Shown here piece after piece: positions 43,284 to 53,047 of a stretch of DNA of 64,000 nucleotides. The notes under the pieces were generated by a model. It was given only the letters and a program-made list of their open reading frames with translations. It did no database searches and was not told the origin of the DNA. The stretch lies in contig CAVPJW010000003.1 of the NCBI GenBank assembly GCA_963705525.1, forward strand, positions 339,976-403,975. Reading direction: 5' to 3'. Positions within the stretch are counted from its first letter, which is position 1. The number at the start of each line of letters is the position of its first letter. Source of the stretch: an uncultured Acidobacteriota bacterium (GTDB lineage: Bacteria; Acidobacteriota; Vicinamibacteria; Vicinamibacterales; CAVPJW01). Both the position numbers and the translations under genes were made by a program.

Positions 43284-44861
43284 ATGATCAAGCGGCGATC
43301 GACCTGGCTCGCGTTATTCGTCGTCACGACGTGTCTGCCGGCTGCCGTCTTGTCGCAGCAGAGCGCTGATCGTCCCGATCTGGATGCGATCTACAGGATC
43401 AAGGCGGAAGGGTTCGAACGGTCGCAGGTCATGGACGTCATGAGCTATCTGACCGACGTTCACGGACCTCGCCTCACCAACTCTCCCAACATCAGGAAAG
43501 CGGCGGAGTACGCGACACAGAAGCTCGGCGAGTTCGGGCTCGTCAACATCAAGCTCGAGCCGTGGGGCCCGTTCGGGCCGGGCTGGGCGAACGAACGCTT
43601 CGAAGCACACGCGATCGCGCCGCAGGCCTATCCGCTGATCGGCTATCCACGAGCATGGACTCCCGGCACGAACGGCACCGTGACCGCAGAAGCCGTGATG
43701 GCGACCATCGATTCCGAAAAAGACTTCGATGCCTATCGTGGACAGCTCAAGGGAAAGTTCGTGCTGACGATGCCGATGCGCGAGGTAAAGGCAAGTTTCG
43801 AGCCTCTGGCCCATCGTTTCAGCGACACCGAGCTGACGAAACTCGCGGAGCAACCCGATCCTGCGCGCGCCAGCCAGCCAGGCTCGATGCCGGGCTCAGA
43901 TCGCGTGGAGTTTTTCAAGAAGCGGATGAAGTTCTTTCTCGACGAGGGCGTCGCCGCACTTCTCGAGCCGGGACGCGGTGATGGCGGGACCTTTTTCGTC
44001 GGCGACGGCCGCCTTCGCGAGGCGCGTGAAGCCCCGGTCCCGACGCAGGTCGTCCTGGCCGTCGAGCACTACGGACGTATCGCCCGGACTCTCGCCAAGA
44101 AGATTCCGGTCACGCTCGAAATGACGATCAAGAGCACGTTTCATACTGCCGATCTCAATTCGTTCAACATCGTGGCGGAGATTCCCGGTACGGACAAGCA
44201 GGATGAGCTCGTGATGCTGGGCGCGCATTTCGACTCGTGGCACTCAGGGACGGGAGCGACCGACAACGCGGCGGGATCGGCCGTGATGATGGAGGCGGTG
44301 CGCATCCTCAAGGCCACCGGCCTGCCGCTTCGCCGCACGGTCAGGCTCGCACTGTGGACGGGCGAGGAACAGGGACTGCTTGGTTCCCGCGCCTACGTCA
44401 AGGAACATTTCGCCGACAGGACCACGATGGAGCTCAAGCTCGAGCACGCGAAGGTCGCGGGCTACTTCAACGTGGACAACGGCACGGGCGCCATTCGAGG
44501 CGTGTACCTGCAGAGCAACGAAGCCGTCGCGCCCATCTTCAGTCAGTGGATGGCGCCATTCGCGAATCTCGGCATGACGACGCTCGCCATCCAGAACACG
44601 GGCGGGACCGACCATCTGGCCTTCGATGCGGTCGGCCTCCCGGGTTTTCAGTTCATCCAGGATCCCGTGGAATACGACACGCGGACCCATCACTCGAACA
44701 TGGACGTCTTCGAGCGGATTCAGGCGCGCGACATGATGCAGAACGCCGTCATCGTCGCGAGCTTTGTGTATCAGGCCGCCAATCGCGACGAGAAGCTGCC
44801 GCGCAAGCCGCTGCCGAAACCACAGTCTCCGCCGAGCTCGACCACCGCCGCCGGGCGGTGA
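43284..44861 (+). CDS. M28 family metallopeptidase, secreted
   Basis: LGAHFDSWHSGTGATDNAAGSAVMME, WTGEEQGLLGS and GGTDH. Signal MIKRRSTWLALFVVTTCLPAAVL. GGAGG Shine-Dalgarno. Confidence 0.85.
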   Translation: MIKRRSTWLALFVVTTCLPAAVLSQQSADRPDLDAIYRIKAEGFERSQVMDVMSYLTDVHGPRLTNSPNIRKAAEYATQKLGEFGLVNIKLEPWGPFGPGWANERFEAHAIAPQAYPLIGYPRAWTPGTNGTVTAEAVMATIDSEKDFDAYRGQLKGKFVLTMPMREVKASFEPLAHRFSDTELTKLAEQPDPARASQPGSMPGSDRVEFFKKRMKFFLDEGVAALLEPGRGDGGTFFVGDGRLREAREAPVPTQVVLAVEHYGRIARTLAKKIPVTLEMTIKSTFHTADLNSFNIVAEIPGTDKQDELVMLGAHFDSWHSGTGATDNAAGSAVMMEAVRILKATGLPLRRTVRLALWTGEEQGLLGSRAYVKEHFADRTTMELKLEHAKVAGYFNVDNGTGAIRGVYLQSNEAVAPIFSQWMAPFANLGMTTLAIQNTGGTDHLAFDAVGLPGFQFIQDPVEYDTRTHHSNMDVFERIQARDMMQNAVIVASFVYQAANRDEKLPRKPLPKPQSPPSSTTAAGR

Positions 44862-44888
44862 CTGACGGGTTCGATGTAACCTAGACGC

Positions 44889-46307
44889 ATGGGTCAGACG
44901 CTCTTCCGCAAGGTCTGGGATCGACACGCGGCGGGGACACTGCCCACGGGCCAGACGCGCCTCTTCATCGGCCTGCACCTCGTCCACGAAGTGACGAGTC
45001 CGCAGGCCTTCGACATGCTGCGGGCCCGAGGGTGGCCCGTGCGCTACCCCGACCGCACCTTCGCCACGGTCGATCACATCGTGCCGACGACCAATCTGCG
45101 TCGGCCGTTCTTCGACGTGATGGCCGAAGACATGCTGTCCGCGCTCGAGCGAAATTGTCGGGAGTTCGGCGTGCCGCTCTACGATTTGAGCTCGGGACGA
45201 CAGGGCGTCGTCCACGTCATCGGGCCGGAGCTGGGACTGACCCAGCCGGGTATGACCATCGCCTGCGGCGATAGCCACACCTCGACACATGGCGCCTTCG
45301 GCGCCGTCGCGTTCGGGATAGGCACATCACAGGTGCGCGATGTGCTCGCCTCGCAGTGCCTGCCGATGGATCCGCTCAAGGTGCGCCGCATCAACGTGAA
45401 CGGTCGGCTGCGTCCGGGCGTCTATGCGAAAGACGTCATCCTGGACGTGATTCGGCGGCTGGGCGTGAAGGGCGGTGTCGGCTTTGCCTATGAATACGGC
45501 GGCGAGGTCGTGACGCGCATGTCGATGGACGAGCGGATGACGATCTGCAACATGTCGATCGAAGGCGGGGCGCGCGTCGGATACGTGAACCCCGACGACA
45601 CGACCTTCGCGTATCTGGAGGGACGACCATTCGCGCCGAGCGGTGAAGCGTTCAACAGGGCCGTCGAATGGTGGCGCTCGTCGAAATCGGATGACGATGC
45701 GATATACGACGATACGGTCGTGTTCGACGGCGACGCCATCGAGCCGACGGTGACCTGGGGCATCAATCCCGGCCAATCGACGGGTGTGACCGAGCGCATC
45801 CCGCGGCCCGAGGACTTCCCCGCCGACGAGCGCGCGGGCGTGACCGAGTCGCTGGAATTCATGGGATTCCGTGCCGGGCAACCGATTATCGGCACGCCGA
45901 TCGACGTCGCGTTCATCGGCTCGTGCACCAACGGGCGCCTGTCCGATCTCCGCGAAGCGGCTCGCATCGTGCGCGGCCGACACGTGGCTCCCAACGTGAA
46001 AGCGCTCGTCGTTCCGGGATCGCAGGCCGTCAGCCGCGCCGCAGAAGCCGAGCATCTGGATGATGTGTTTCGCGAAGCCGGGTTCGAGTGGCGCGGGGCC
46101 GGCTGCTCGATGTGCCTGGGGATGAATACAGACCGGCTTGAAGGTCGGCAGGTGTGCGCGTCTTCGTCGAACCGGAACTTCAAAGGACGTCAGGGCAGCC
46201 CGACCGGACGCACGCTGCTGATGAGCCCGGCCATGGTGGCGGCGGCAGCGGTCGCCGGCGAGGTCGCCGATATCCGGACGATTCTTGGGCAAGCCGAACA
46301 GTCATGA
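44889..46307 (+). CDS. leuC: 3-isopropylmalate dehydratase large subunit
   Basis: [37 protein letters not shown] and GCSMCLGMN. Confidence 0.95.
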   Translation: MGQTLFRKVWDRHAAGTLPTGQTRLFIGLHLVHEVTSPQAFDMLRARGWPVRYPDRTFATVDHIVPTTNLRRPFFDVMAEDMLSALERNCREFGVPLYDLSSGRQGVVHVIGPELGLTQPGMTIACGDSHTSTHGAFGAVAFGIGTSQVRDVLASQCLPMDPLKVRRINVNGRLRPGVYAKDVILDVIRRLGVKGGVGFAYEYGGEVVTRMSMDERMTICNMSIEGGARVGYVNPDDTTFAYLEGRPFAPSGEAFNRAVEWWRSSKSDDDAIYDDTVVFDGDAIEPTVTWGINPGQSTGVTERIPRPEDFPADERAGVTESLEFMGFRAGQPIIGTPIDVAFIGSCTNGRLSDLREAARIVRGRHVAPNVKALVVPGSQAVSRAAEAEHLDDVFREAGFEWRGAGCSMCLGMNTDRLEGRQVCASSSNRNFKGRQGSPTGRTLLMSPAMVAAAAVAGEVADIRTILGQAEQS

Positions 46308-46909
46308 CCCTGTCGCACCTCGTTCGCATCGATCGCATCGGGGGCACCGCGATTCCGATGCGCGGCCAGGATATCGACACCGACCGGATCGTCCCGGCGC
46401 GCTTCCTGCGCGCCGTCACGTTCGACGGACTCGAAGGCCATCTCTTCGAGGACGAACGCAAGACCGCGCTCGATCATCCGTTTTCGAACGCCGCGTACAA
46501 GGGCGCCTCAATTCTGCTGGTGAACCGAAACTTCGGCTGCGGCTCGTCACGGGAACACGCGCCTCAGGCACTCGTCCGCTGGGGCATCAAGGCCGTCGTC
46601 GGCGAATCGTTCTCGGAGATCTTTTTCGGCAACGGCGTCGCGCTCGGGCTTCCGTGTGTCAAGGTGAGCGCCGATGACGTGGACCGGTTGATGCGGATGG
46701 TCGAGGACGATCCGAAGCGGACCTTCTCGGTGAACGTGGCCGACCTGGTTGTCTCGAGCGGACGGGATCTTTCCGTGCGGGCCGAGATGCCGCACGCGGC
46801 TCAGGCCGCCTTCCTCGAAGGCGTGTGGGATGCCACGGCCCTCCTCCTGGAACAGGAAGACAGCGTGCGGGCCGTTGCCCGTACGCTGCCCTACATCTCG
46901 GGATTCTGA
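46304..46909 (+). CDS. leuD: 3-isopropylmalate dehydratase small subunit
   Basis: [13 protein letters not shown] and [19 protein letters not shown] overlap with leuC. Confidence 0.9.
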   Translation: MTLSHLVRIDRIGGTAIPMRGQDIDTDRIVPARFLRAVTFDGLEGHLFEDERKTALDHPFSNAAYKGASILLVNRNFGCGSSREHAPQALVRWGIKAVVGESFSEIFFGNGVALGLPCVKVSADDVDRLMRMVEDDPKRTFSVNVADLVVSSGRDLSVRAEMPHAAQAAFLEGVWDATALLLEQEDSVRAVARTLPYISGF

Positions 46910-47835
46910 GCCCCCGCGGTTTTTCCGGGTTTTTCCGCGCGTCGGCTGTCCGCCCGCCCCTCGTGTTCCTGAGCCACGGCCAGGAATGCCGACGCCGCAT
47001 GAGACAGCTGCACGCCCCGTCTGTAGACCAGACGAAGCGGGCGCACGCGTGAGACGTTCGAGACGGGCACCGCAACGAGCCGGCCCGTCGCGATCTCGGT
47101 GAGCGCGCACCGACGCGGCAGGAGGGCCACCCCGAGCTCCATCTCGACCGCGCGCTTGATGCCGTCCAGGCTCGGCAAGGCGATGAGAATATTGAGCGGG
47201 ACGCGCCGAGTTTCGAACAGGCGAAGGACGCGCTCGCGCGCAGGCGACGGATCGTTGTGCGCCACGACCGCCTGGCGTCCGAACTCATCGAGGGATACGT
47301 AGCGACGGCCGGCGAGCGGATGATTCGGATGGAGGAGCATCACCAGTTCGTCGGTTCCGATCGCCACGGCTCCCAGGTTGCGCTCGGCTGGCTGAAACGT
47401 CAGCACGCCGAACTCGAGGCTGCCCTGCGTCACCTCGACGGCTATCTGGCGCGCGGGCACGCGCCGGACATCGACCTGAATGCCCGGATGACGCGCGCGA
47501 AAGCGCTCCACGAGCGGCAGCAGCGTGTGAACGGCCGCCTCGTTCGATCCGATGAGGACGCGCCCGCGCTGGAGGTCGCGGAGCTCGCGCACGGCGACCT
47601 CGGCCTCCTCGGTCAAACGCATGAGCCGCTGCGCGTAGTTCCGCAGGACGCGACCGGCTTCGGTGAGCGACCCGTCCTTCGCCGATCGATCGAAGAGGCG
47701 CTCCCCCAGATCGTCCTCGAGCCGGCGAATCGCCTGGCTCACGGCGGGTTGGGTCCGGTGGAGCTTCCCCGCCGCCTTCGAAAAGCTGCGCTCGGAAGCG
47801 ACCGTGAGGAAGACGTTGAGCTCGCTCAGTTCCAT
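46891..47835 (-). CDS. LysR family transcriptional regulator
   Basis: wHTH domain LNVFLTVASERSFSKAAGKLHRTQPAVSQAIRRLE and a LysR substrate-binding domain. It is divergent from leuA. The low-complexity C-terminal tail overlaps the leuD 3' end by 19 nt. Confidence 0.9.
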   Translation of the reverse strand: MELSELNVFLTVASERSFSKAAGKLHRTQPAVSQAIRRLEDDLGERLFDRSAKDGSLTEAGRVLRNYAQRLMRLTEEAEVAVRELRDLQRGRVLIGSNEAAVHTLLPLVERFRARHPGIQVDVRRVPARQIAVEVTQGSLEFGVLTFQPAERNLGAVAIGTDELVMLLHPNHPLAGRRYVSLDEFGRQAVVAHNDPSPARERVLRLFETRRVPLNILIALPSLDGIKRAVEMELGVALLPRRCALTEIATGRLVAVPVSNVSRVRPLRLVYRRGVQLSHAASAFLAVAQEHEGRADSRRAEKPGKTAGAQNPEM

Positions 47836-47859
47836 AGCCGGTTCTGAACCGCGCACGGT

Positions 47860-47874
47860 ATCATAAATTATGAT
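47860..47874. promoter_or_regulatory. LysR-type T-N11-A box / perfect inverted repeat ATCATAA-A-TTATGAT
   Basis: A 15-bp dyad in an AT-rich island, centred about 32 nt upstream of the leuA -35 element. Confidence 0.5.
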
Positions 47875-47898
47875 TATTTAATGTTAATTATTATACAT

Positions 47899-47928
47899 TT
47901 GACGGAAGGCCGCGCCGACCGCTACAAC
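47899..47928 (+). promoter_or_regulatory. candidate leuA promoter, TTGACG-N18-TACAAC
   Basis: TTGACG at 47899..47904 and TACAAC at 47923..47928, followed by AAAGGGG and the start codon. Confidence 0.4.
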
Positions 47929-47942
47929 GTCCAGAAAGGGGC

Positions 47943-49179
47943 GTGGGTATGTCCACCAGCCGGGTACTGATCTTCGACACGACGCTCCGGGACGGCGAGC
48001 AGGCGCCGGGATTTTCGCTCCGGATCGATGAGAAGGTGCGTCTCGCTCGACAGCTCGACCTCCTGGGTGTTGACATCATCGAGGCCGGGTTCCCCATCGC
48101 CTCGGAAGCCGACGCCGAGGCCGTCCGCCTCATTGCCGCCGAGATCAGGAGACCGGTGATTGCGGCGCTGGCCCGATGCGCGGAGAGCGACATCGAGCGC
48201 GCGGGACAGGTGCTGGCCGGGGCCGAACGCTCGCGCATCCACACGTTCATCGCCACCTCTGATCTCCACCTGACCCGCAAGCTGCGCATCTCGCGAGAGG
48301 AATGCCTCGAGACGGCGGTCAAGGCGATCAAGCACGCCTGTCGATTCACCTCGGACGTGCAGTTCTCGGCCGAGGACGCCACGCGCAGCGATTTCGAGTT
48401 CCTATGCCGTGTCGTCGAAGCGGTGATCGACGCCGGCTGCTACGACGGTCAACCTTCCGGACACGGTCGGCTACTCGACGCCGGACGAGATCGGAGAATT
48501 CTTCCGCCGGATCCTTTCGACCGTGCCCAATGCAGACAAGGCTACCTTCAGCGCTCACAACCACGACGATCTCGGGCTGGCCGTGGCCAATTCACTGGCG
48601 GCGGTCCAGGCCGGTGTTCGGCAGGTGGAATGCTGCATCAACGGCATCGGCGAGCGCGCTGGGAATGCGGCGCTCGAAGAGTTCGTAATGGCCACGCGTG
48701 TTCGGGCCGATCGGCTTCCGTTCGAAACCGGCATCCGCAGCGAGCAGCTCTTCGCCTCGAGTCAGCTGCTGACGTCGCTGACCGGTGAATCCGTTCAGGC
48801 CAACAAGGCCATCGTTGGACGGAATGCGTTCGCTCACGAAGCCGGGATTCATCAGGACGGCATGCTGAAGGATCGACGCACCTACGAGATCATGCGTCCG
48901 GAAGACGTGGGCCTGCCGTCGAGCACGCTCGTGCTGGGCAAGCACTCCGGCAGGCATGCCGTGCGCCAGCGCTGCGAGCAGCTGGGCGTCAAGCTCGACA
49001 AGCTGCAGCTCGATCGCGTCTATCGCAGCATGATCGCGGTCGCGGATCGTCAGAAGACCATCTCCGACGCCAACCTGCTCGCCATTGTCGAGGAAGTGTG
49101 CGGCCATGCGGCCGTTCCGCACGCCGCCGTTGACGACCATCACCATGTGAGCGTCGCCGGGTACGGCCACGGGGTCTGA
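47943..49179 (+). pseudogene. leuA: 2-isopropylmalate synthase (short form without the LeuA_dimer regulatory domain), interrupted by a +1 frameshift or a sequencing indel
   Basis: The N-terminal frame reads [16 protein letters not shown]...[10 protein letters not shown]...VVEAVIDAG. The second frame reads [21 protein letters not shown]...[26 protein letters not shown]. The length is 1237 nt (3n+1). The shift must lie within 48426..48441, where the observed GCCGGCTGCTACGACG compares with an expected GCC GGC GCT ACG ACG (AGATT). Confidence 0.8.
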
Positions 49180-49183
49180 CCCG

Positions 49184-50245
49184 ATGCGGTCGCGGATCGT
49201 GCTTCTGCCCGGTGACGGAATCGGACCGGAAGTCACCGCGGCCGCGACGCGCGTACTCACCGCTATCGCCGAACGACACGGGCATTCCTTGGAATTCCGT
49301 GAATACCCGATCGGTGGGGCTGCGCTCAGGCTGCATCAGACGGCGCTGCCGGCCGAGACGCTGGCCGCGTGCCTCGAGGCCGACGCGATCCTGCTCGGGG
49401 CCGTCGGCGATCCCGCGTTCGACCATCTGCCACCGCAGTCGCGGCCCGAAAGCGCACTGCTCCGCCTGCGCCGCGAGCTGGGCGTGTTCGCCAACCTCCG
49501 CCCTGCACGCGTCTGGCCAGGGCTTGAGGACATCAGTCCGATTCGTGCCGATCGACTGGCCGGCACGGACATGCTCATCGTGCGCGAGCTGACAGGCGGC
49601 TTATATTTTGGTGAGCCGCGCCACCTCGACCTCGAGAACGAAAAGGCCGTCAACACGCTGCCGTACACCGGACCTGAGATCGAGCGGATTGCGGTGGTGG
49701 CATTCGAGGCGGCGCGGGTGCGCCGACGCCACGTGACGCTGGTGGACAAGGCCAACGTGCTCGAAACGTCCCAGCTGTGGCGGCACGTGGTGCCAAGAGT
49801 CGCGGCGAAATACACCGATGTGCGCTACGACACGACGTACGTCGATTCCTGTGCGCTGCGCCTCGTGCTCGAACCGAGCGCGTTCGACGTCATCGTCACC
49901 GAGAACCTGTTCGGGGACATCCTCTCAGACGAAGCGGGCGCGATCGCCGGATCGCTTGGACTCCTGCCGTCGGCGAGCGTCGGAGGGAGGGTGGGACTTT
50001 TCGAGCCGGTTCACGGCTCCGCGCCGACGCTGGTGGGAACCGATTCGGCCAATCCCGTGGGATCGATCGCGTCGGCGGCCATGCTGCTCGAGTACGGGTT
50101 GAACGCGAAACTCGAGGCGCAATCCATCGAGGCGGCCATCGGACGCGCGTTTCTGGATGGTTGTGCGACGAGAGACCTGGCGCGACCTGGAAGGCCGACG
50201 CTCGGTTGTGCGGCCATGACCGACGCCATCCTCGACCGACTCTGA
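49184..50245 (+). CDS. leuB: 3-isopropylmalate dehydrogenase
   Basis: IVLLPGDGIGPEV, VRELTGGLYFG, NLFGDILSDEAG and GSAP. Confidence 0.95.
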   Translation: MRSRIVLLPGDGIGPEVTAAATRVLTAIAERHGHSLEFREYPIGGAALRLHQTALPAETLAACLEADAILLGAVGDPAFDHLPPQSRPESALLRLRRELGVFANLRPARVWPGLEDISPIRADRLAGTDMLIVRELTGGLYFGEPRHLDLENEKAVNTLPYTGPEIERIAVVAFEAARVRRRHVTLVDKANVLETSQLWRHVVPRVAAKYTDVRYDTTYVDSCALRLVLEPSAFDVIVTENLFGDILSDEAGAIAGSLGLLPSASVGGRVGLFEPVHGSAPTLVGTDSANPVGSIASAAMLLEYGLNAKLEAQSIEAAIGRAFLDGCATRDLARPGRPTLGCAAMTDAILDRL

Positions 50246-50272
50246 TCGCCGGGCGGCCGGTTCCCAACAACC

Positions 50273-51871
50273 TCAAGATCGATCGTGGCGTCCACTCCAC
50301 TCCCGAAGGGCTCGCTGCCTTTCCCTCGCCTCGGGAATGCCGTCCAGCCGATCGACCAGCCAGGGCAGCCGGAATGTCCAGTTGGCCTCGGAGACGGTCG
50401 CCGGCTCGTTCACGCGATCGGACCATCCGAAGACGTCCTGCACCGGCAGGATGAGCAGATCCGAACCGGAGCCGAAGAGCGCGCGGAGCACCGAGTCCCG
50501 CAATTGCGGATCAAATGGTCGATTGACCGCCGCCGGATCCCCATCGGCCCATTCACCTAACGCGGGGACGGCGAGCAGTTGATGTCGGTCCTCGAGAGAG
50601 AGGCTCTCCCACCATGCGGCCATCGGCTCGGTGTCGTGCGTGCCGGTCGTCGCGACAGATGCCGCGGGATAGGTGCCGGGATCTACGAATGGCTGACCGG
50701 GCTGAGACCAGTACCGTTCCCAGCGCAGGATCCGATAGCCCGGCAGCCCGAATTTTGAGAGCGAAGATCGAACGAAGTCGGGCACGGTGCCGAGATCCTC
50801 GGCGATCACCTTGCCGCCGGCCTTGAGGAACAACTGCATCAGGCGTTCGCCCTGTTCCACCTGGTCCGGCTCCTCGAGCGGTGTGAAGGATCCCTCTCCC
50901 GTCTCGAGCGAACGCGCGTGGGTCCTGAAGTATCCGACCACGTGATCGATGCGATAGCCGTCGAACAGCGCGGCCGTCCGGCGCGCGCGGCGTTCCAGCC
51001 AGTCGTCACCTCGATCGCGCATGACATCCCAGCGGAACAGCGGCAGCTTCCAGTCCTGTCCGAGATCGCTGAAGGCATCGGGCGGCACACCGACCGACGC
51101 ATCCAGCCTGAACTCGTCCTGTGACGCCCAGACGTCGGCACTGTCGGTGGCGACGCCGAACGGGACGTCGCCCAGAAGGGCCACGGGCGACACGCGGCGG
51201 ACCTCCTGCCACTGCTCGTGCGCGATCCACTGGACGTATTGGTGATAGAGCCTCTCGCGGGCCAGTTCGCTCCGAGCGGCATCGATCGCCTCAATCTGCC
51301 GCTCGCGCAGCGGCGCATCCCATTCAGTCCACGCGCGATTGCCCTCACGCTGATGCACGGCTCGAAAGGTCGCGTAGTCGTCGAGCCACCACGATTGATC
51401 CTGCACGAAGTCTGCAAGCTGCCGTCGGCGCGCCGTGTCCTTCAGCCACTCCTCATCGACGAAGCGCGCGAACGCACGCTGGAGCGCCACGCGTTTCAGC
51501 GCGCGCACTTCCCTGTAGAGAATTCGCGGGGACGCGCGGACCAGGTCCAGAACGCGTCTGAGATCGGGGTCGAGTGCGGCTTCTCCTCCGGATGCCTGGA
51601 AATCCGCCATCCTATGGACGCTGATGAACTGCGGATCGATGGCCATCGCGCTGAGCGCGGAATAGGGCGACGTCTCCCCAGGCGACATCTCGTTGATCGG
51701 CAGCAGCTGAAGGAGGCATTGCGAGCCGCCGGCCAGCCACCGCGCGAAGGGTTCGACATCGCCGATTTCGCCAACGCCCCAGCTCAGACTGGAGGGAATG
51801 GAAAAGAGCGGAACGAGCACGCCCGCATGTCGCCCACCGGAAAGATGCAGGTTCATCGGTTGCGGCTGCAT
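50273..51871 (-). CDS. malQ: 4-alpha-glucanotransferase (amylomaltase, GH77)
   Basis: GVLVPLFSIPS, YRIDHVVGYFR, IAEDLGTVP and TGTHDTEP. I prefer the ATG at 51871, which forms a TGATG junction with the upstream gene. Confidence 0.9.
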   Translation of the reverse strand: MQPQPMNLHLSGGRHAGVLVPLFSIPSSLSWGVGEIGDVEPFARWLAGGSQCLLQLLPINEMSPGETSPYSALSAMAIDPQFISVHRMADFQASGGEAALDPDLRRVLDLVRASPRILYREVRALKRVALQRAFARFVDEEWLKDTARRRQLADFVQDQSWWLDDYATFRAVHQREGNRAWTEWDAPLRERQIEAIDAARSELARERLYHQYVQWIAHEQWQEVRRVSPVALLGDVPFGVATDSADVWASQDEFRLDASVGVPPDAFSDLGQDWKLPLFRWDVMRDRGDDWLERRARRTAALFDGYRIDHVVGYFRTHARSLETGEGSFTPLEEPDQVEQGERLMQLFLKAGGKVIAEDLGTVPDFVRSSLSKFGLPGYRILRWERYWSQPGQPFVDPGTYPAASVATTGTHDTEPMAAWWESLSLEDRHQLLAVPALGEWADGDPAAVNRPFDPQLRDSVLRALFGSGSDLLILPVQDVFGWSDRVNEPATVSEANWTFRLPWLVDRLDGIPEARERQRALREWSGRHDRS

Positions 51872-53037
51872 CAGGACATGACGGCGAACCGACGGCACAT
51901 CGCCTCGATGCCGCGAGCAAACTCGTCGGGGCGGGGCAACAGGCTCACGACGATGAAGGCCTCGGACGGAAAGTCGAAGAAATATCCGGGGTGCACGAGC
52001 ACGTGGTCGCGCTCCAGGAGGTCCACGACCATGGTCTCTTCCGATTCCGTGGCTGGCACCTGCACGACCGCGTACCAGCCGCCGTCACCGCGCAGCAACT
52101 GGCAGGAGGGATGGCGCGCCATCACGCGTTCCAGCTCGTGAACGTTTCCGACAATGCGCGCACGAATCTGCTGGCGCACGTCGGCGCCGCGATCGAGCAA
52201 CTCCCCGAGCGCCAGCTGGACCGGCGTCGAAACAGACAAGTACGTGTCACAGATGATTTCGAGACGCTCCAGCGTGTCCTTCACGAGCCCGCCAGGGCCG
52301 GTCACCGCCATCCAGCCCAGCTTGAGCTGCGGCAGGCCGACCGACTTGGAAAGTCCCCCAAGACTGAACGCAAGGGCCGAGTCCTGCTGGAGTACCGAGG
52401 GTGGAGCCTCGTCACGCCAGGCATAGTCCGCAAAAACCTCGTCACCGATGAGGGTCAGAGATTTCGACTGGCAGAGATCCGCCACGCGATCCAGTTCCGG
52501 CCGGCTGAGAAACGATCCGGTGGGATTGTTGGGATTGACCACCAGCATGACCTTCGTCCTGGGCGAGATCTGATGCTCCAGGCTCTCGAAATCGAGCGCC
52601 CATCGGCCGTGGTATTCGAGTTCGTACGGCGTCGCCGCCACGGCGTCGAGCCTGGTGAGATGCTCGAAGAGTGGATAGCTGGGCCCAGGCACGAGTACTT
52701 CGTCGCCGGGATCGCAGAGCAGCTTGAACAGGAGCGCGTAGGCTTCGCTGGTGCTTGCCGTGAGGATCACCCGCTCGGGGCTCACCTCGATTCCCCGGCG
52801 CGCAAAGTCCGCGGCCACGGCGCGGCGCGCGTCCAGCAGGCCAAAAGGAGACGGGGCGTATGTGAGACCGCGCGCGTGGCCGAGTCCTTCGAGCAGACCA
52901 ACCGGATAGTCCAGACCCACCTGCGTTGGATTCGATTCTGTCAGGTCGAGATATGTCACGCGCGATGCGCGCATCGCCGCCTGCAGCTTGGCGATCCGGT
53001 TGACGGTCCGCTCCGAAGGAACGCGGGACGAGAACAT
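51871..53037 (-). CDS. PLP-dependent aminotransferase, class I/II
   Basis: VVNPNNPTGSFL and the SLGGLSKSVGLPQLKLGW Lys motif. Confidence 0.85.
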   Translation of the reverse strand: MFSSRVPSERTVNRIAKLQAAMRASRVTYLDLTESNPTQVGLDYPVGLLEGLGHARGLTYAPSPFGLLDARRAVAADFARRGIEVSPERVILTASTSEAYALLFKLLCDPGDEVLVPGPSYPLFEHLTRLDAVAATPYELEYHGRWALDFESLEHQISPRTKVMLVVNPNNPTGSFLSRPELDRVADLCQSKSLTLIGDEVFADYAWRDEAPPSVLQQDSALAFSLGGLSKSVGLPQLKLGWMAVTGPGGLVKDTLERLEIICDTYLSVSTPVQLALGELLDRGADVRQQIRARIVGNVHELERVMARHPSCQLLRGDGGWYAVVQVPATESEETMVVDLLERDHVLVHPGYFFDFPSEAFIVVSLLPRPDEFARGIEAMCRRFAVMS

Positions 53038-53047
53038 GGCAGGCGAG

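Noticed and set aside
44877-44891. TAACCT-N6-ATG upstream of leuC as another leaderless promoter.
   Set aside because: There is no acceptable -35 element at 16-19 nt, and the site lies only 16 nt after the M28 peptidase stop. Co-transcription or coincidence is equally likely.
46910-46950. The tandem GGTTTTTCC-GGGTTTTTCC motif just after the leuD stop, considered as a leuD terminator.
   Set aside because: The stems are only 3-5 bp and the segment lies inside the low-complexity C-terminal tail of the convergent LysR ORF. I cannot decide between a weak terminator and coding sequence, so no call is made.
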